Assembly (NCBI GenBank): GCA_013265495.1
Contig: MU058213.1
Span: 2,666,001-2,730,000, forward strand
Length of the DNA stretch: 64,000 nucleotides
From: Vicugna vicugna
Taxonomy: Eukaryota
Direction: 5' to 3'
The notes under the pieces were generated by a model, which was given only the letters and a program-made list of their open reading frames with translations, did not search any database and was not told the origin of the DNA. Below, in pieces: positions 50,072-64,000 of this stretch (its first letter is position 1; each line of letters begins with the position of its first letter). The translations under genes and the position numbers were made by a program.

Positions 50072-50677
50072 TCTCCTGAGACGCACTATTTGGCAGCCAG
50101 GAATATAAAACTCTAATATGAGTCACATGTTTTAAGAGTTTTCTCTCTTTATTATTTCCATGGTTCTTTGGACAAGTCGAGTTCATTCAAATCTCTAGCT
50201 GCCAATGTAGTAACCTTTTGATTCCAAATGTGTGACCCCCTAGTCCTTCAGGATGATTCTCTGTCACCGGAGAAGAGAAGTCCGAGAGCTCCGGAGGCCG
50301 CTGGCATCTCAAGTCCGGCTAGGGTGAAGGAGTGAGATAGAAGAGAAAGAAAACCTTGCCTGCCTTTCTTTTGTCAAAATTACACATAGTTTGTCCAGTC
50401 TGTGGTCCACACTGGGTACAAGAATACATCCTCCACGGACTGGCTACTTCCCTAGTGACAGCTTATTTATCAGGTTGGTTTTTGATCTCTAAATCACGAT
50501 ACTATCTTAGTGATGGGCAAATTTGATCCAATGAATATAATGAGGTACATGGTAAATACTGATGAGTTTGGTGATATATCAACTAATTCTTGTTATTTTT
50601 GTTAATAATGGCTTTGAAATTTGCTTTTTCTTAAGTTGTATTATCATTGCTTCTAGTCTAGAATATGATAATAGTAC

Positions 50678-51118
50678 TGTTGCCAGAGAACAAATTTTTG
50701 CCTTGTGCAGGCAAGAATTCAAGAGCCAGGCATAGGAAAGTGAAAGCAAGTTTATTCAGGGAAATATACACTCTGCAGATAGAGCCCAGACCATCTCAGA
50801 AGGCAAGAGAGAGAGCAGTCACAGGGAGCAGGGTTGTTAGTTTTTATGGGCTCGGTAATGTCATGTATTAATGAGTAGGAGGGTTATTCCACTATGTTGG
50901 GGAAAGGGTGAGGATTCCTGGGAATTGAGCCCCACCTACTTTTTAATCTTTTATGGTCAGCTGAGGAACTGTCAATGGTGTCTGTGGGTGTACCATGAGC
51001 CTCAAGGCCTACTGGAAGTCAAATCTTTCACCATCTTGGTTGTAACCAGTTTGTCCTGTCCTCTACTGCTGTGTCATTACTTCAGTGGTTGTGCCCTGTT
51101 CCCCTCTCTCCTGTCTCG
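50678..51118 (-). mobile_element. Solo ERV1-type LTR (~440 bp)
   Basis: Starts TG and ends ctcg (probably a mutated CA). Minus-strand AATAAA (gtttattc) and TATA-like (tttttatg) motifs are in LTR order. Near 4-bp TSD gtac/atac. Confidence 0.72.
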
Positions 51119-53589
51119 ATACTACATTGTTCTCCATATATTGTTTTATTTTGAATCTATCCTGAGGCACTGCCTAGAGCTCCTTGCCTAGAATTCAATA
51201 CAGGCAGAAATCTGGCCCCACCCTAGTCATAAGTCCATTTTCCACACATTTATTGTTTGTTTTAACCAGGCTGATCTCTTCATTTGTACTCCCTATTCAC
51301 TCCCCAACACCCACAACTACTATGCCACTTAGTCTGGCCTCTGAGCCTTTGCTCAAAGTGATGTCTCAGCTCACACCACCATCTGATTCTGTTTATTTAT
51401 CGGGCCTAAGTTCCTATTCACTTGGCTCAAACTGGTCCAGACATGTTCACATACAGTGGTGATAACTAGGAGTTAGAACATTCTGAGACACTGCAGGAGG
51501 ACCCAGAGGACATTCTGTTCACACAAAGAATGTTGCTAGACTTGCCTATCATGGTCGTGGGAATTTATTTCAGCATCCAAAGGAGGAAACCAAACTTCCT
51601 CACATAGATGAAACTACAATATATGGTCTGAAATTGGTAACAGTCACAAATCCTTCCAGAGAGCAAAACACTCAATGTCTAAAACAAATATAAATCTAGA
51701 TAGCTAGCCTGATGAAAATGGGTTTCAGCAGAGGTAACATGGTCAGGGCAGCTGGGTACCACAAACGTACAAGGCAGCCCTGCTTGTGTGGACTGACAGT
51801 CACCATCCTGGAGTGAGCTCAGTCAAAATGAACCCACCTGCCTCATGGAAAGGTGTCTTGGAAACCAAATGCAGCTGATTAATGTACTGTTCTCCATCAA
51901 AGAAATAACATAAGTTTATTTGACAACCAGCTTAATTTCTAAATCTAATAGGAGTCAGAAGTTTCAAGAATTTTCTTTGTTATATCAATAACATTTTTTG
52001 TTCTATTCATGCTTCTTAGCAGCTATGTACCATGGACAAGTTGTTCACCTTCCTTCTGCATTAATTCTACTTTTACCCCTGAGATGAAACACGTGGTAAT
52101 GGAGAAGAGCCCCCTTAGGGGCACAAAGGCTGCCCCTTGCCTCTTTTCTTAGATTGTTGTATTAACCAACATCAGCTCTAAGAAATCACATCCAGTCATG
52201 AGTCATGATGGGGTCTCCCTGCATGTTAACTTCCCAAAAGTCTCCTTCAATTACCCAGAAAGACTGACAAAATTAACCCGTCTGCCTAGTAGAGATGTTC
52301 CAGAATATTCCACTTCAACTCCCTGTAAAGACACAATCTTAACATTATCTTCATGTGTAAAATGTCTCCTTTATCTAGTTTTTGATGAAAAATAGCTAAC
52401 ATTTTTGAAAGTGCTGTCTTTTATTCTTCACGATAAAGCATTCTAATTAACTTGATCACCACCCCCACACACACACACAAAAAGAGTTTCTTTTACTCTT
52501 TCCAGCACAATAATACCTATTTGGTGCACTGAAAGTCTGTGTTTATCTTGATTCTAAAGTGCTTAGGGCTAAGTCTTAACTTTCTATTTTGGGAACTCAT
52601 CATTCCAGTAATTTTCCAGCAATATAATTGTATTCACAATCTCTTGAATGACTATACTGTTTCACAGAAGCTCCCCGAGTGTGAAGCCAAATGCCCAAAT
52701 AAACAGCAAGTTAATATTAAAAGTAGAAGTTCTCCATCATAATTTAGTAAGCTTAAAACTCTGCAAAGATCTGTCTACTTAGAAAATAATTTCCTTGCTA
52801 AACAGTGGTAAGGGATGTCTTGACAGCCCAGACAAAAACAATGTCAATTAGAATCTGGATAAATAACATATTTTATTTAATCTGGAAGAATCTGCTTTGT
52901 CCTTAAATTTTGACCAGTTAATATAATTCTAAAAATTAAAGAGATCTCCCATTATCCTCAGAAATATCCCTCTGCTCCTATACACACACTCAGTTTGATT
53001 TATGGCAGCAGCAAGTAGCTGCTCTACGACACATTTTTCGTATTTCACACAGCTACTGAAATAAGTTAATGTTTTCATCTTGATGGATTCTTTGGTATAG
53101 AAAGGACAGAGTGTGGACTGATCTACATAATCCCTCCACTAAAAAAAAACAGCACATCCCGTGTCACTGAACTGACAAGCACGTTTTCCTTCTTCTTTTA
53201 TTACAATTATTGTTCTTTTAAGCAATCCCATCCATTTAATTGTAGCTGGCATTTTGTGTACTGTGGTAATTGAAAATTCAAATAAAAAGATGAGTTAATA
53301 TTCACTGAGTGCCTACAGTATACAATAGTTAGATGCAGTCTTGTAGTGAAAACCAAAAGCAATCCTATACAGTAGGGTACTAGTCCCATTTCGCAAATTT
53401 ATTCACTCATTTATTATTATTACTGTTTTTACTTCAAGACTTGAGGCTTTTCAATGTGCCAGGCACGGTTCTACGCTCTGCATCAGTTAAAACACAGATA
53501 AAACACTACTCAGCCTGGTGGATTTTACATTCTACAGCGGGAAAATGAGGAACCTGAAACTCAAAAACACTTATGCAATTTGCCCCAGA

Positions 53590-54740
53590 TAATTAAGGCT
53601 TGAACTACACATATTTACATGTGCGCATTAGCCATTTGTGTACCCGCACGTGTGAAAGACCTAGTCAAATCTTTTGCTCATTTTTAATTAGTTTGTGTTA
53701 TAAGCAGGTTGAATATCCACACACATATACATACATACATACATACAATTTCATCTTAGTCTTCCGTGTCATGCCTATTCACTTTCCCAAGGGCGTTTTT
53801 TGAGAAGTTTTAAATTTCAATTTAGCCCAATTATCAACTTTTTTCTTTTATGAGTCAGATTTTCTGTGTCCTAACAGATCTCACACACCAAGGTCAAGAA
53901 TATTCCATCCTTCTTATCCTATGCTGTCTTTGAGAATTTTTGTAGTTTTAACTTTTACGTTTCAGTCTTTGATTCATTTTGAATTTATTTTTGTGTATAG
54001 TGTAAGGTAAAGACTGAGGTACTTTAAAAAATTATAATAAAATAAAAAACATATTTTCAATTTATGTACAGATACACACACAATATGTGTGTCTATATCT
54101 GGACCTTCTATTCTGTTTCAACCATGTTTCCTCGATCTCTGCTTATTATATTAATACTACACTGTCTTGTTCATTATCACGATGGAAATCCTTTAAACCA
54201 GTATGTCATCCAACCTTTTCTTTCCAGAAATTATTCAGCATATTCTAATTGCCTTGTATTTTTTCTAACATTTTAATATAAGTTTTAGAAGCAGCTCAAT
54301 TTCTACCAAACAAAAGACTGCAAATATCTTACATTGTGGTGAACCTATAGAGCATTTTGAGGTGAACTGACATCTGAATACTACTGAACCTTCTGATCCA
54401 TGAACATTTACGTCCATTTCTCCTAGCAATGTCTGGCACTTTTCAGGATATAGGTCAAGCATGTATTTTGTTAACTGTATCTGTAGTTATTTCTTGTTTT
54501 CTGGTGTCACTTTATATGGTAATTTTAAAAATTTTATTCTCTAATTGTTCTTTGCTGGACTACAGAAGCAATGATTTTTTTTTTAATATATATGTTAGAC
54601 TTGTACCTGCAAAAATGTTAACATCGAAAGTTTTACATTTTGGTTTCATTTTAGTTCAGTTCAAAGTATTTTCAGTTTCCCTCATGGTACCTTTATTGTC
54701 CCAGGGGTTTATTTACAAATGTATTAATTTCCAAATATGT
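53590..54740 (-). mobile_element. Old L1M ORF2 fragment
   Basis: ttgattcattttgaatttatttttgtgtatagtgtaaggtaa; ctgaaccttctgatccatgaacat. Confidence 0.75.
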
Positions 54741-54959
54741 ACTGTTATTCTCAAGTCTGCATTTTGCTCACTGCACCACACCACCAAATGCTCCAGTGCT
54801 CAATCCCTCTTTAGGCTGCGAACCAACAGTCAGCAATATAATAGAGGCCAGGTTACTAATTCTCTAACTCCTAACAGGCATTTAGGGAAAGCTGAAAGAA
54901 ACCCACGATTACACTGAGGAAGGATTACATCCTTTCTTCCACAGGCTCCTTTAGAAACA

Positions 54960-55375
54960 ATGTCACAGCAGGAAACAGCCCACTCAAAAGGATGACTGCA
55001 GAGAGCTGAATAAAAGGACCATTCAGGAAAACTAGGCAGAGTTAAGGGAACTACAAAGGATGGCGAGGCCTCCTGGACAACCAACAACAGGAAGCAAGTA
55101 GACGGGATGGTTACTAACAATCACTGAAGGGCCATCCAACTGGAGTTGTGGCCTCAAGCAGAGAGATAAGAGAAGGGACTAAAGAAGTAAACAGGCCACT
55201 TCTTTGCTTCCCATATGCCAGTCTCCTTTTGGTTCCTCTCTTTGGCCATTTCAACCAGTAGCTGAAAGGCAAGAGAGCCTGGTTTACACAATCCTTGGAG
55301 GCCAACCACCTGCACACAAAGCAAGATAAAGCTGAGAAGGAAAGCTAAGAGGCGGACCCAGAATAATCAGCAAAG
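54960..55375 (-). mobile_element. ERVL LTR, LTR33/LTR41-like
   Basis: ctctttggccatttcaaccagtagctgaaaggcaagagagcc resembles the other two copies. Confidence 0.6.
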
Positions 55376-58300
55376 ACAGAGTGCCATGAATGTCTGTCGC
55401 CAGATTCCCTTCTGTATCACTGACATCTCCAGCTTTGAAGGAACAGATGAGAGCACTTCTACAGATGAAATCTACCAACAAAAGATATTTTGTCCCCCCC
55501 ACCCCAGCCACTAATGACACCTATTTTTCCTGCCTGGGGTCCTGTGAAGCCCGGCTGATTGACACAGGGACCTGAAATGTAATCCTAAGTGACACCCACT
55601 CTTCCTTTAACAGCTGCTTAGCACCAGTCTGTGGGGCTCTAAGTTCACCCCGGGGTCACTGCAGGAAGAATGCCAGACAATGGCAGCCAGACTCCTAAAA
55701 AGAGATAACTATATGCAGGTGTCTTTCAGGACATCCATAGCCTTGATTGAAGATGTCAGTGGGCATCTGGCCTTTACTATGGCCTTTTTGATGTTTCAAA
55801 GGGAGAATTATCAGGCAGCTACCAACACACACCCAGCACAAACTGGCCCATGCTCTGTCCTGGCTCTTCCTTTAAAATCAGATCATATCATTCAGCCAGT
55901 GATTAGTCCAGTATTGTGTCTAATCCAGTCCAACTACTGACAACTACATCCTTTCTGGGAACACTGGGTAATTGTGCGATCAGAAGAGGTCTGTTTGTAG
56001 CTGCTATAAATCAAGTTTTTCCAGTAATGGCTGTTAATCCACCCTGGCTTTTCTTTTAGATGGATTTAACTGACCCCCAGGTATCCAGCTGTATTTTGAG
56101 ATGGTCCCTTTTCAAATGTTTTACTACTCCCACTGGTTTAGCAATTTTTGAAAAAATAAATATTGGAATTTAGAAAGATTCTCTTTATAGCTGTTAGCAT
56201 TACTTGATGGGATGGAAGTTACTGTGTGATTAATTTGCAGACTCCTATAAACACAGAACCTGAGAAATCTTTCAGACAACTGGGCTACTTTCTTTCCTTA
56301 ATAATAATCACTCGTGTTTAAAAAGCACATATCATATGGCAGAAACTGTGCCGTTTTTAGGTATTTTATATTATTAATTCTCATGATGGATGCATGAAGT
56401 AAACAGCATTATCATCCTTCACCAGGTGGGACTCTGAAATGTGGCAGTACTATGTAACTTGTCCCACGCTCAGGAAGTGGAAGAGGCCTATGGCATTAGA
56501 ACACAAATTAGTCTGGTTCTCACTGCCATACTCCTATCTGCCTTGTTATCTGTCCAGTTAACAAAACACCTGACAGAAGACCAACTTCTTAACCTCGCAG
56601 GACTGGCTTAGCTGTGCACAGGGAATGTACCTGTGTATGCAGACGGTAACACGCCAGCCACACATCGGGTGCTGTTATTCTCTCTTTATGACAAAGCCTC
56701 AATTAACTTTTCACTTTTTCAAAGAGTTGTGAGCTCACAGTGGGATTTGAATTTTTCACATCTTGAGGGATCCCTTGGGTTTTCTTTGACAGTTTGGGGA
56801 TGATGCATCCTCACCATGGATGTCCCAAGTAGTTGGCAGGCACTTGGGTAGGTAAGGACAGCAGGGAGTCGCTAAAGGTGCAGAGAGATGATGCCAAAGC
56901 AGGTTTTTTTTTTTCCCAGTATCTTTCCTTTTGGTAAGAAATACTAACATATAAACGGTAAGTCGGCTCCTAGGGGGCTGACCAAACTTTGCGGAACAAG
57001 CATGGAGGTTCAGAATGGAGTCAAATTGAAAAAAATAATTTAAGAGCAAGGCTAATTCCAATGATAGTAAGAAACGCTACTGGTTTCAGACTCTGTTGAT
57101 TCGTCCTGGGATCCGCAGGGATCTCTGGACCAAACATGTGAACAAACTAATACAACACTCACAGACAACAGAGGTCATCTGAGTTTATGGACTATATACT
57201 GGTGTCACGTTACATCGTAAAAGAATGCAGTATTGCATTAATTTCTGAACAACAGCTTAAAAATAATGAAAAGTCATTCTGTATCTTACGTGACATATGA
57301 ATGTTCAAGAAATATCCTGGAACCCAAAGGCTTTCCAGAAATCCGAGTTAGAAAGTTCAAGAGTTTATGTCAGATCCAGTACTTACCAGATCAAGAGGAG
57401 ACAGAGAGGAGAACAGCAAATCCATCATTTCAGTTGAAGTGTCCAAAAAGTACCCTCAAAAAGGCAGACAAATTCCTACTGCTTCAGGAACTCCTTTAGG
57501 AAAGCATCCTTCGTATAATGCCTAGCTTCCCAGCCACTCAACCATGCCCTGAACAAGTGGAATCTCCTAAACCGACGTCTGGTGGCCAGCTCTCAGATGC
57601 CGTGAAAGGTGCCAAGAATAGTCAAAGTCTCCCTCAGGACAAACAGTAGAGCAAAATAGGGCTCACGTGGACCATGTCACCCCACAAGGCTGTCTGTGTG
57701 TCTGACAACCAAGAAACACAGAGATCAGAAAGGGCCCAGGAACCAGGGCTCACAGCAGCAGCTGCTGGTCACCAGGACTGGATTATTATAATGCATAAAA
57801 TGCCTTCACTGAGGTTCCGTGACTAACATTTGAGGTTGCATATAGGTAAACATGTTATTTTTTTTAAAAAAAGTATGGACTCGAGGCTGACTCCTTAGAT
57901 CCTCCCCTAGACGATTCAATAACAACTTTGTGATTTCAGACCAGAACTTAACCTCTCTCGGTGCATTTCCCACACACTGGATCAAGGTGTTCATCCCAAA
58001 TAAGCAAACCAACAAACAGCAGAGCTGGAACTCACACCAGTCTGCCTGATTCCACAATCTAAGCCATTAAGCATCATACTCTGCTGCTTCAACTAGGTAA
58101 AAGCAAATGATTGTAGGTTTCACGAAAAATACATGTGTTCAGTATAAATTTGAGTTTTCTACCACTGTTCCCATTCTTTACACCCTTAAAAAAGGCAATT
58201 TATGGAAATGGATGGAAATCTAATAGATTCAATATACGTTTGGGAGCCATTCCTCCAAATTAACAGAAGAATTTAGAGTCATTTACACAATAAAAGGAAT

Positions 58301-59654
58301 GATACAAACCTGTTCGTTAATCCCCAGGCATACAACTATATGGGTTGTTAATCCTAGACTAAAAGCAGTACTTATCATTTTCAGTAAAAAATAAAATCAA
58401 AAAATCTCTAGGAATCTGGTAGGGGGAGACAGTATATCACTTAGGTATCTCAAGGTCACTTAATATTGAATTACCGAAATGAAATTCAAATGTAGGTTTG
58501 TTCTATTTTCCACAACAACACAGTATGTATTACTTCACTCTAATCTAGAACACAGTTCCCTGTACTGTTCTATAATTTTTAATAAGCCATTAATTTGGCA
58601 TGTTTCTTAACACTTTAACTGCATGTCATCATATAAATGCAAATATCTTTTATTACTTAATTCATATTCTAAAGAATTATAAAAACTCAATTTTATCAAA
58701 ACTCAATATCTATTTTATTGTTAAAAAAAGGAATATTAGGTCTAGAAGTAATCTCTCTCTAGAAGTTAGAAAGGTTTCAACAATTCAAAATTTCAAAGAC
58801 CTCTCCTGCAAAGTCCAACTATTAATTATGAATTCAAGTACTAAGATAAAATTGGAGCACACTCAGATAGAAAAACTTCGAGTTTGACCTTTAGCCTATT
58901 CTACACTTGGTGTTTGATTTTTTATCCTCAAAGCATTGTAGAGTTGAAAGGGCATATATTTGCTGAACGCTTTTTGGCAGTGCCTGTTAATTGCTACAGA
59001 ATACCACGCCGATCCAACCTTTCCTGCAGCCAGTTACACCCTCTGTGATAAATGTATGGATAGAAGAATGCCCTGTATGACGTAAACTAGAAATAAGCTG
59101 GAGTTTTTAATGCTTGGCATAAGTGCACAGTCATCTCTTTGTATGTATTTAGTTAAGTCATAAATCATGAAACAGTGAAGAAGATGAAGTGCGAAGGAAA
59201 AACAGGCATCGGGATCTTCCTCTCCCATCCTTTGCTTTATAGGTTAAAATGAAAGAGGGACCCAACTGAATAACCAGTATTTTATTATTGAATTTATAAG
59301 TAACCATGGACTTTCTCTTCTAAGAGAGGCTTAGACCAAGACATAGTCTGATTACCATTGCATAGCAGGAATCAGGTGGTGGGCAGGGGATACTATAACT
59401 TTTTTCCCCCAATGTTACACCCCAAAACCTAGGGCAGTTGCTTAATGGGAGACTGATCCTAATACATGGAGAATCCAAACCTGTTATTTACAAAGTTGGG
59501 AATCAGAGAAATGAAGAGATATGCTGCCAGTGACAGAAACAAAATTCAAATCTGTAACTTGGAATTCTGAATCGAATTCACAAGATTTATCTTTCCAAAG
59601 AGAGGTCTAAGTAATATTCCATCAAATTAATTCTGAAGCCATGTCTAAGAATTT

Positions 59655-60710
59655 AAGAAATTTTTATTGAGCGTCTACTCTGTGTGAGGCACATGCGTAG
59701 AATCTGGGAATACAAAAGTTAATGGATGTACACACCCTGCGTTCACCGTTCTAACACTCTAACGAGGAGGAAGACAATTCAAAATGGTTTTCTAATTAAA
59801 AACTACCCAAACAACATATAACTTCAGAATGCAGTAAGTGCTATCAAAAAAACAAAACAAAACAAAACAAAAAAAACCAACAGGATATAGTGAAAAAGAG
59901 CAGCAAGACCAGGAGAGACCCAGATATAATTTAGATGAGGCAATCGGAGAAGCAAGTTCTGTAGTTGTTAACACATAAACTGAAATGCAAAGAACAGGCC
60001 TCTTAGCACAGCTGTTTGAAGTATTTTTCTCTAATGGAAAGAGCAGGGAGTAGAACGCTCAAGAAAGCCCTGGGGAATCTGTTTTGTCAGTTTATGGGGT
60101 AAAGAGTCCAGTTTGTACAAAAACACAGGAGCGTGATAACACAGGGCTGGGTAGGAAATACAGAAGTCGGATTTTAAGTATGATGATAAATCATTCAAGA
60201 AGAGTAGCATGATCAAATACATTTTGAAAAATATTCCTGTGTGTGCGGTGTATACAATATAGACTACAGCCAAAGACCGGTCAGGCAGCTAATGAAATAG
60301 TCTATAGAAAACATGACGGTTTTTGTCTATAGGGATGCAGGGAATTAGATTTGAGATATACTTGGGTGTAAAAATCAATACACCTGGCTGATGGTTTGGA
60401 TATAGAAATGGAGGGAGGCCAGGTTAATTCCCAGTTGGCAGCTTGAGTAACTGGATGGACAGTGGTGTTGGTGACTGACCCTGAGATGGGAAGACTGAGG
60501 ACGATCTAACGTGGGAGGGCAAAGCACATGTTCAGTTAAAAGAAGCACTCAATTTCATGAATTTGTGAGAAATTCCAGAGAAAACAGTAACTAGGTGGTT
60601 AAATACGTGAATGGGATGTTCAGAGTTAAGTGAGAGTTTTTAGGCTGTCAGTTATAGAGGATCTTGAGTTTTAATGACTGCACAGGAGATAAAGAAAAGC
60701 CTCAGGTCTA
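59655..60710 (-). mobile_element. L2 LINE
   Basis: tttttattgagcgtctactctgtgtgaggcac (L2 3' end in reverse); gcttgagtaactggatggacagtggtg...ctgagatgggaagactgagg. Confidence 0.75.
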
Positions 60711-61109
60711 GCCAAGACTTGAAGAGAGATCCCTTCAAGAATACACAATCCCAAAGGGGATACCCACTCAGTAGTAGGCAAGACAGGGGGACAAAATCCA
60801 CAACAAAGGCAGGTGTCAGAGAAATGGTCTGTCTCCGCCCGGACTCTGAGTAGGAGAGAGAAAAAGCCTCCTGAGACTATCTGCCACCAAAGGCAAGCCT
60901 TCACGCAGGTTTTGGTAAACGTACATCACCTACACAGTAGAAAACAAAAACAAAAAATGAAGACTACTGTTACATTTCCATCTTATAAATGTTCTCACTC
61001 TTGAGATGTTAAAGTGGTCCTGAGTTAATAGCACTCCCTGGAGTCCAGTAGGGAAGAATCCAGGTGTATTAGTACTCACAAGAAAAATAATTGGGCTTAC
61101 ATTTTTTAT

Positions 61110-62830
61110 TTAAAAGAGAGTAATTATTACCAGGCTGGATTTCAAAAAGTCACTTAGCCACAAACCTAAAATCTAAGAATGTAAAAGAATGAAGATCAAA
61201 GTATGAATAAAAGCACACCAGCCAGAGACTAAGAAAACAAGCTGAGAAACCTGCATCAACGTCACACCACACAGGCTTTAAAACAAAAGGCATTATTAGC
61301 AATAAAAAGGTTCGGTACCTACTAATACAAAGTTTCAACAAGCCAGAAATACTTAATGATTCTGAAGTTGTTTTTCCCTTAATAATACTGCTTAGAAGAA
61401 AATGAGACAGAATTATAAGGACAAATGAAAATACTAGTATAGTGAGGGATTTTAACATCTGTTTATTAGTGGATGATAGACCAAGCACAATGCAAATCAG
61501 CATCAATACAGACAATTTTAACAACACAAGAAATTAGTCTAATGAGCCCAAATAGAAACACACACTCAAAAATGTGAGACCATCTATTCCTCTAAATCAT
61601 CTAAGAAATACATAAAAACTGACCAGGTGATCAATTCACATAATGAATTTCAACAAACATGATTTTTGTGTCTAATAGTATGTGATAAAATAATATAATA
61701 AAAGGGGCATCTCACACCACTGGAGCAAAGGTGGAATTTTTAATAGATGAGGTTGGGGTAACTAGGTAGTATTGGGGAAAAATACAATTAGACGCACAGT
61801 TTACACCATACCGAAGAAAAAACTTCAAATGGACCAGGGATTTCAATGTAAAAATAAATCTTTCAAGTACTAGAAGCAAACACAGATGAATTTTTCTAAC
61901 ACCTCTGTGTAGGGAAAAACTTTTGAGTTACGAACCAAAAATCCAGAGAAAATGAATGACAAAAAAATGAAAAAAAAATAGCTACATAGAAAAAATTTTT
62001 TTTAAGTTTTCATAGAAAAAAAAACCCAGAACCTCATTTTAAAAATAACTAATAAAATGAAACAGAGTATTTACAACCCATATCAAAGACAAAGGGTTAA
62101 TATTCCTAATATGTAAAGAACTCCAAAAAATTGAGAAAGAAATAAAAATCCAGTAGGAAAATGGACAAAAGACATGACAAGACCATCTGCAATAAAAGGA
62201 AATAAAAATGGACCTTGAAGGATCTCCCAAAGGCCAAAGTGGAGGCAAGTTGGGTTACAAAAGAGGTGATGATAGTAATGAATTACAACCCACAGAATGA
62301 AATAAATATCCTTAAGTTCATCCTGATACAAATAACTAATTGAATAAACAGATAAATAACTAGACATAGATTTCAAAAACTGCTCTTCCTCACAATAGAA
62401 TTCCAAATGATTAATGTAGAAATAATGAGGGAATTAGAAAATCTCTAATGGGACAACCACCACAGAAATAACTGCGGCAGGCAAGTCTCATCTATTCGTG
62501 CTAACTCAAGTGTGTCAGTGTCACGAAAGAGGAAGACAGACTGAGGAACTGTCACAGACTGGAGGAGACTAAGGGGACACGACAACTAGATCAAATGTGG
62601 GATCCTGGATAACTTCCTGGACCAGGAAAAGTACTCGAGCAAAAAAAGTTCACAAAATTGGACTGAGGTCTTAAAGTCACAAATAGGACTAAGTCAATGT
62701 TAATACCCTGAACTGGGTCATTGTGCCATGTACTTTGATGCCAACCTTAAGGGAAATGATATAAATGGTATACAGGAAACTCTACTCTTCCTGCACCTTT
62801 CTGTAAGTCGAAATTTATTTCAGAGTAATA
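61110..62830 (+). mobile_element. Old L1M fragments (endonuclease, C-terminal region and L1MC-type 3'UTR)
   Basis: tagtgagggattttaacatc (IVGDFN); agacaaagggttaatattcctaatatgtaaagaactcc; gactgaggaactgtcacagactggaggagactaaggggacacgacaac. Confidence 0.8.
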
Positions 62831-64000
62831 CGTTAATAAATATAATTGTCTCAAGAAAAATAGAGTAAAAATGTATTTTGAAGTTTACCACATAATGCAT
62901 GAGTAAAATTTAGGGACAAAAAACAAAGGATGGGAAGGAAGAAAGAGACATGTACTTGAATGGTTCTTAAACTATATGTGAAGTGGTAGATGACTTGAAG
63001 TGACACTGAAAAACTAGTGATAGTGATATATTAATAAATATACACACATATACATCAGCATACCTCTACCATATGTATATACAGCAAACCCTAGATGAAA
63101 CACCAAAAATTAAAAAGGTACCAGTAATTAGAAAATCCTAAGAGAAAAAGCAGAGAATACCATATTTATTCACAGATTATATGATCACCAACAAAGGGAA
63201 GACAAAAGAATTTGTAAGAAAATTATTCCAAATATTAAGAAAGCTTAGCAACTTTATTAATATCAGATCAATATAAAAATATATTTCTGAATACTATCAA
63301 AGAACTTTTTTTCAAAAAGATGGTTTTTAAGGAAAGATACGGAGTTTCAATTCTGTAAATGGCAGTCTCAGTCACTGGACCAAATATCTTGTTGAAGGTA
63401 ATCAGAAACCTGGAGATATGTATTATAAAAATGAAGTTTAATGGTATTAAAAAGCTACCAAGGCAATGAGGAATGGTGGAGCCCAGACCTGGGAGAGCAG
63501 GTCATCACAGAGAGGTAAGCCCTACATTTGCAGCAACTTTTCTTGTCAAGGTTATTGTTGATTTGCAACATCAGCCTGGAGGCTAACAGCGGAGCATGTG
63601 GAATCACTAGACTGTGAATAAAGACTGGAGTTCAAGGTCCAATAAGACGAACAAGCCCTGGTAAATCCCCAAGGGCTACACCTTAGTGTAGTAAGGCTGA
63701 AGTGGAAATGTGTCTGCCTTCATGGACCACAGTCATCTCATCCCCCCGATATGACACTCCACGACCAGCTGCCTCCAAGAAACAAAAGTGACTCTGTATT
63801 ACAATATGACCATCCAGAACTTCAGATTGAGTTGGTAATTTTTCCTAAACAATGTTCAGCACATAGAAGAAAATAACAATGCCTAGGAAATACACGAGGT
63901 AATCTAAAACAAAGAGAAAAAAAAAACAGGCTAAAGGGAAATAAGGCAATGGTGTTATTACAATTCAAATTTTAAAATAACAAGAAATAATATGATGAAA

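Noticed and set aside
54429..54917. 162-aa ORF as a membrane protein
   Set aside because: It lies mostly on the antisense strand of a decayed L1, whose T-rich sequence gives spurious hydrophobic ORFs. The same applies to 35499..35840, 44529..44834 and 61150..61527.
63340..64000. Possible old L1 5' region or HAL1
   Set aside because: Only a vague resemblance; I could not support a family call without a database search.

Overview
AT-rich mammalian genomic DNA, most likely from a camelid (inferred from three copies of a tRNA-derived Vic-1-like SINE). The only protein-coding sequence I can support is the 3' end of UNC13C (Munc13-3) on the + strand: three GT-AG coding exons with consistent phases (23328-23420, 24195-24354, 27671-27956) encoding the C2C domain and C-terminal tail, followed by a 3'UTR of about 1.5 kb with several AATAAA signals. 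Bases 1-23327 appear to be part of one large intron, and the sequence from about 29.6 kb onward appears to be gene-free. The rest is dominated by transposon fossils (L1 of several ages, L2, MIR, ERVL/MaLR/ERV1 LTRs, MER5A, MER20, a Tigger-like element) and microsatellites; repeat family names are assigned from memory of consensus sequences. I found no convincing new biological system. The most interesting observations are an unexplained ~1.2 kb insert splitting an old L1, an apparent L1 3' transduction, two 5'-inverted L1 insertions with target-site duplications, an inverted SINE pair in the intron, candidate regulatory motifs in the 3'UTR, and a possible lineage-specific substitution in the UNC13C tail.
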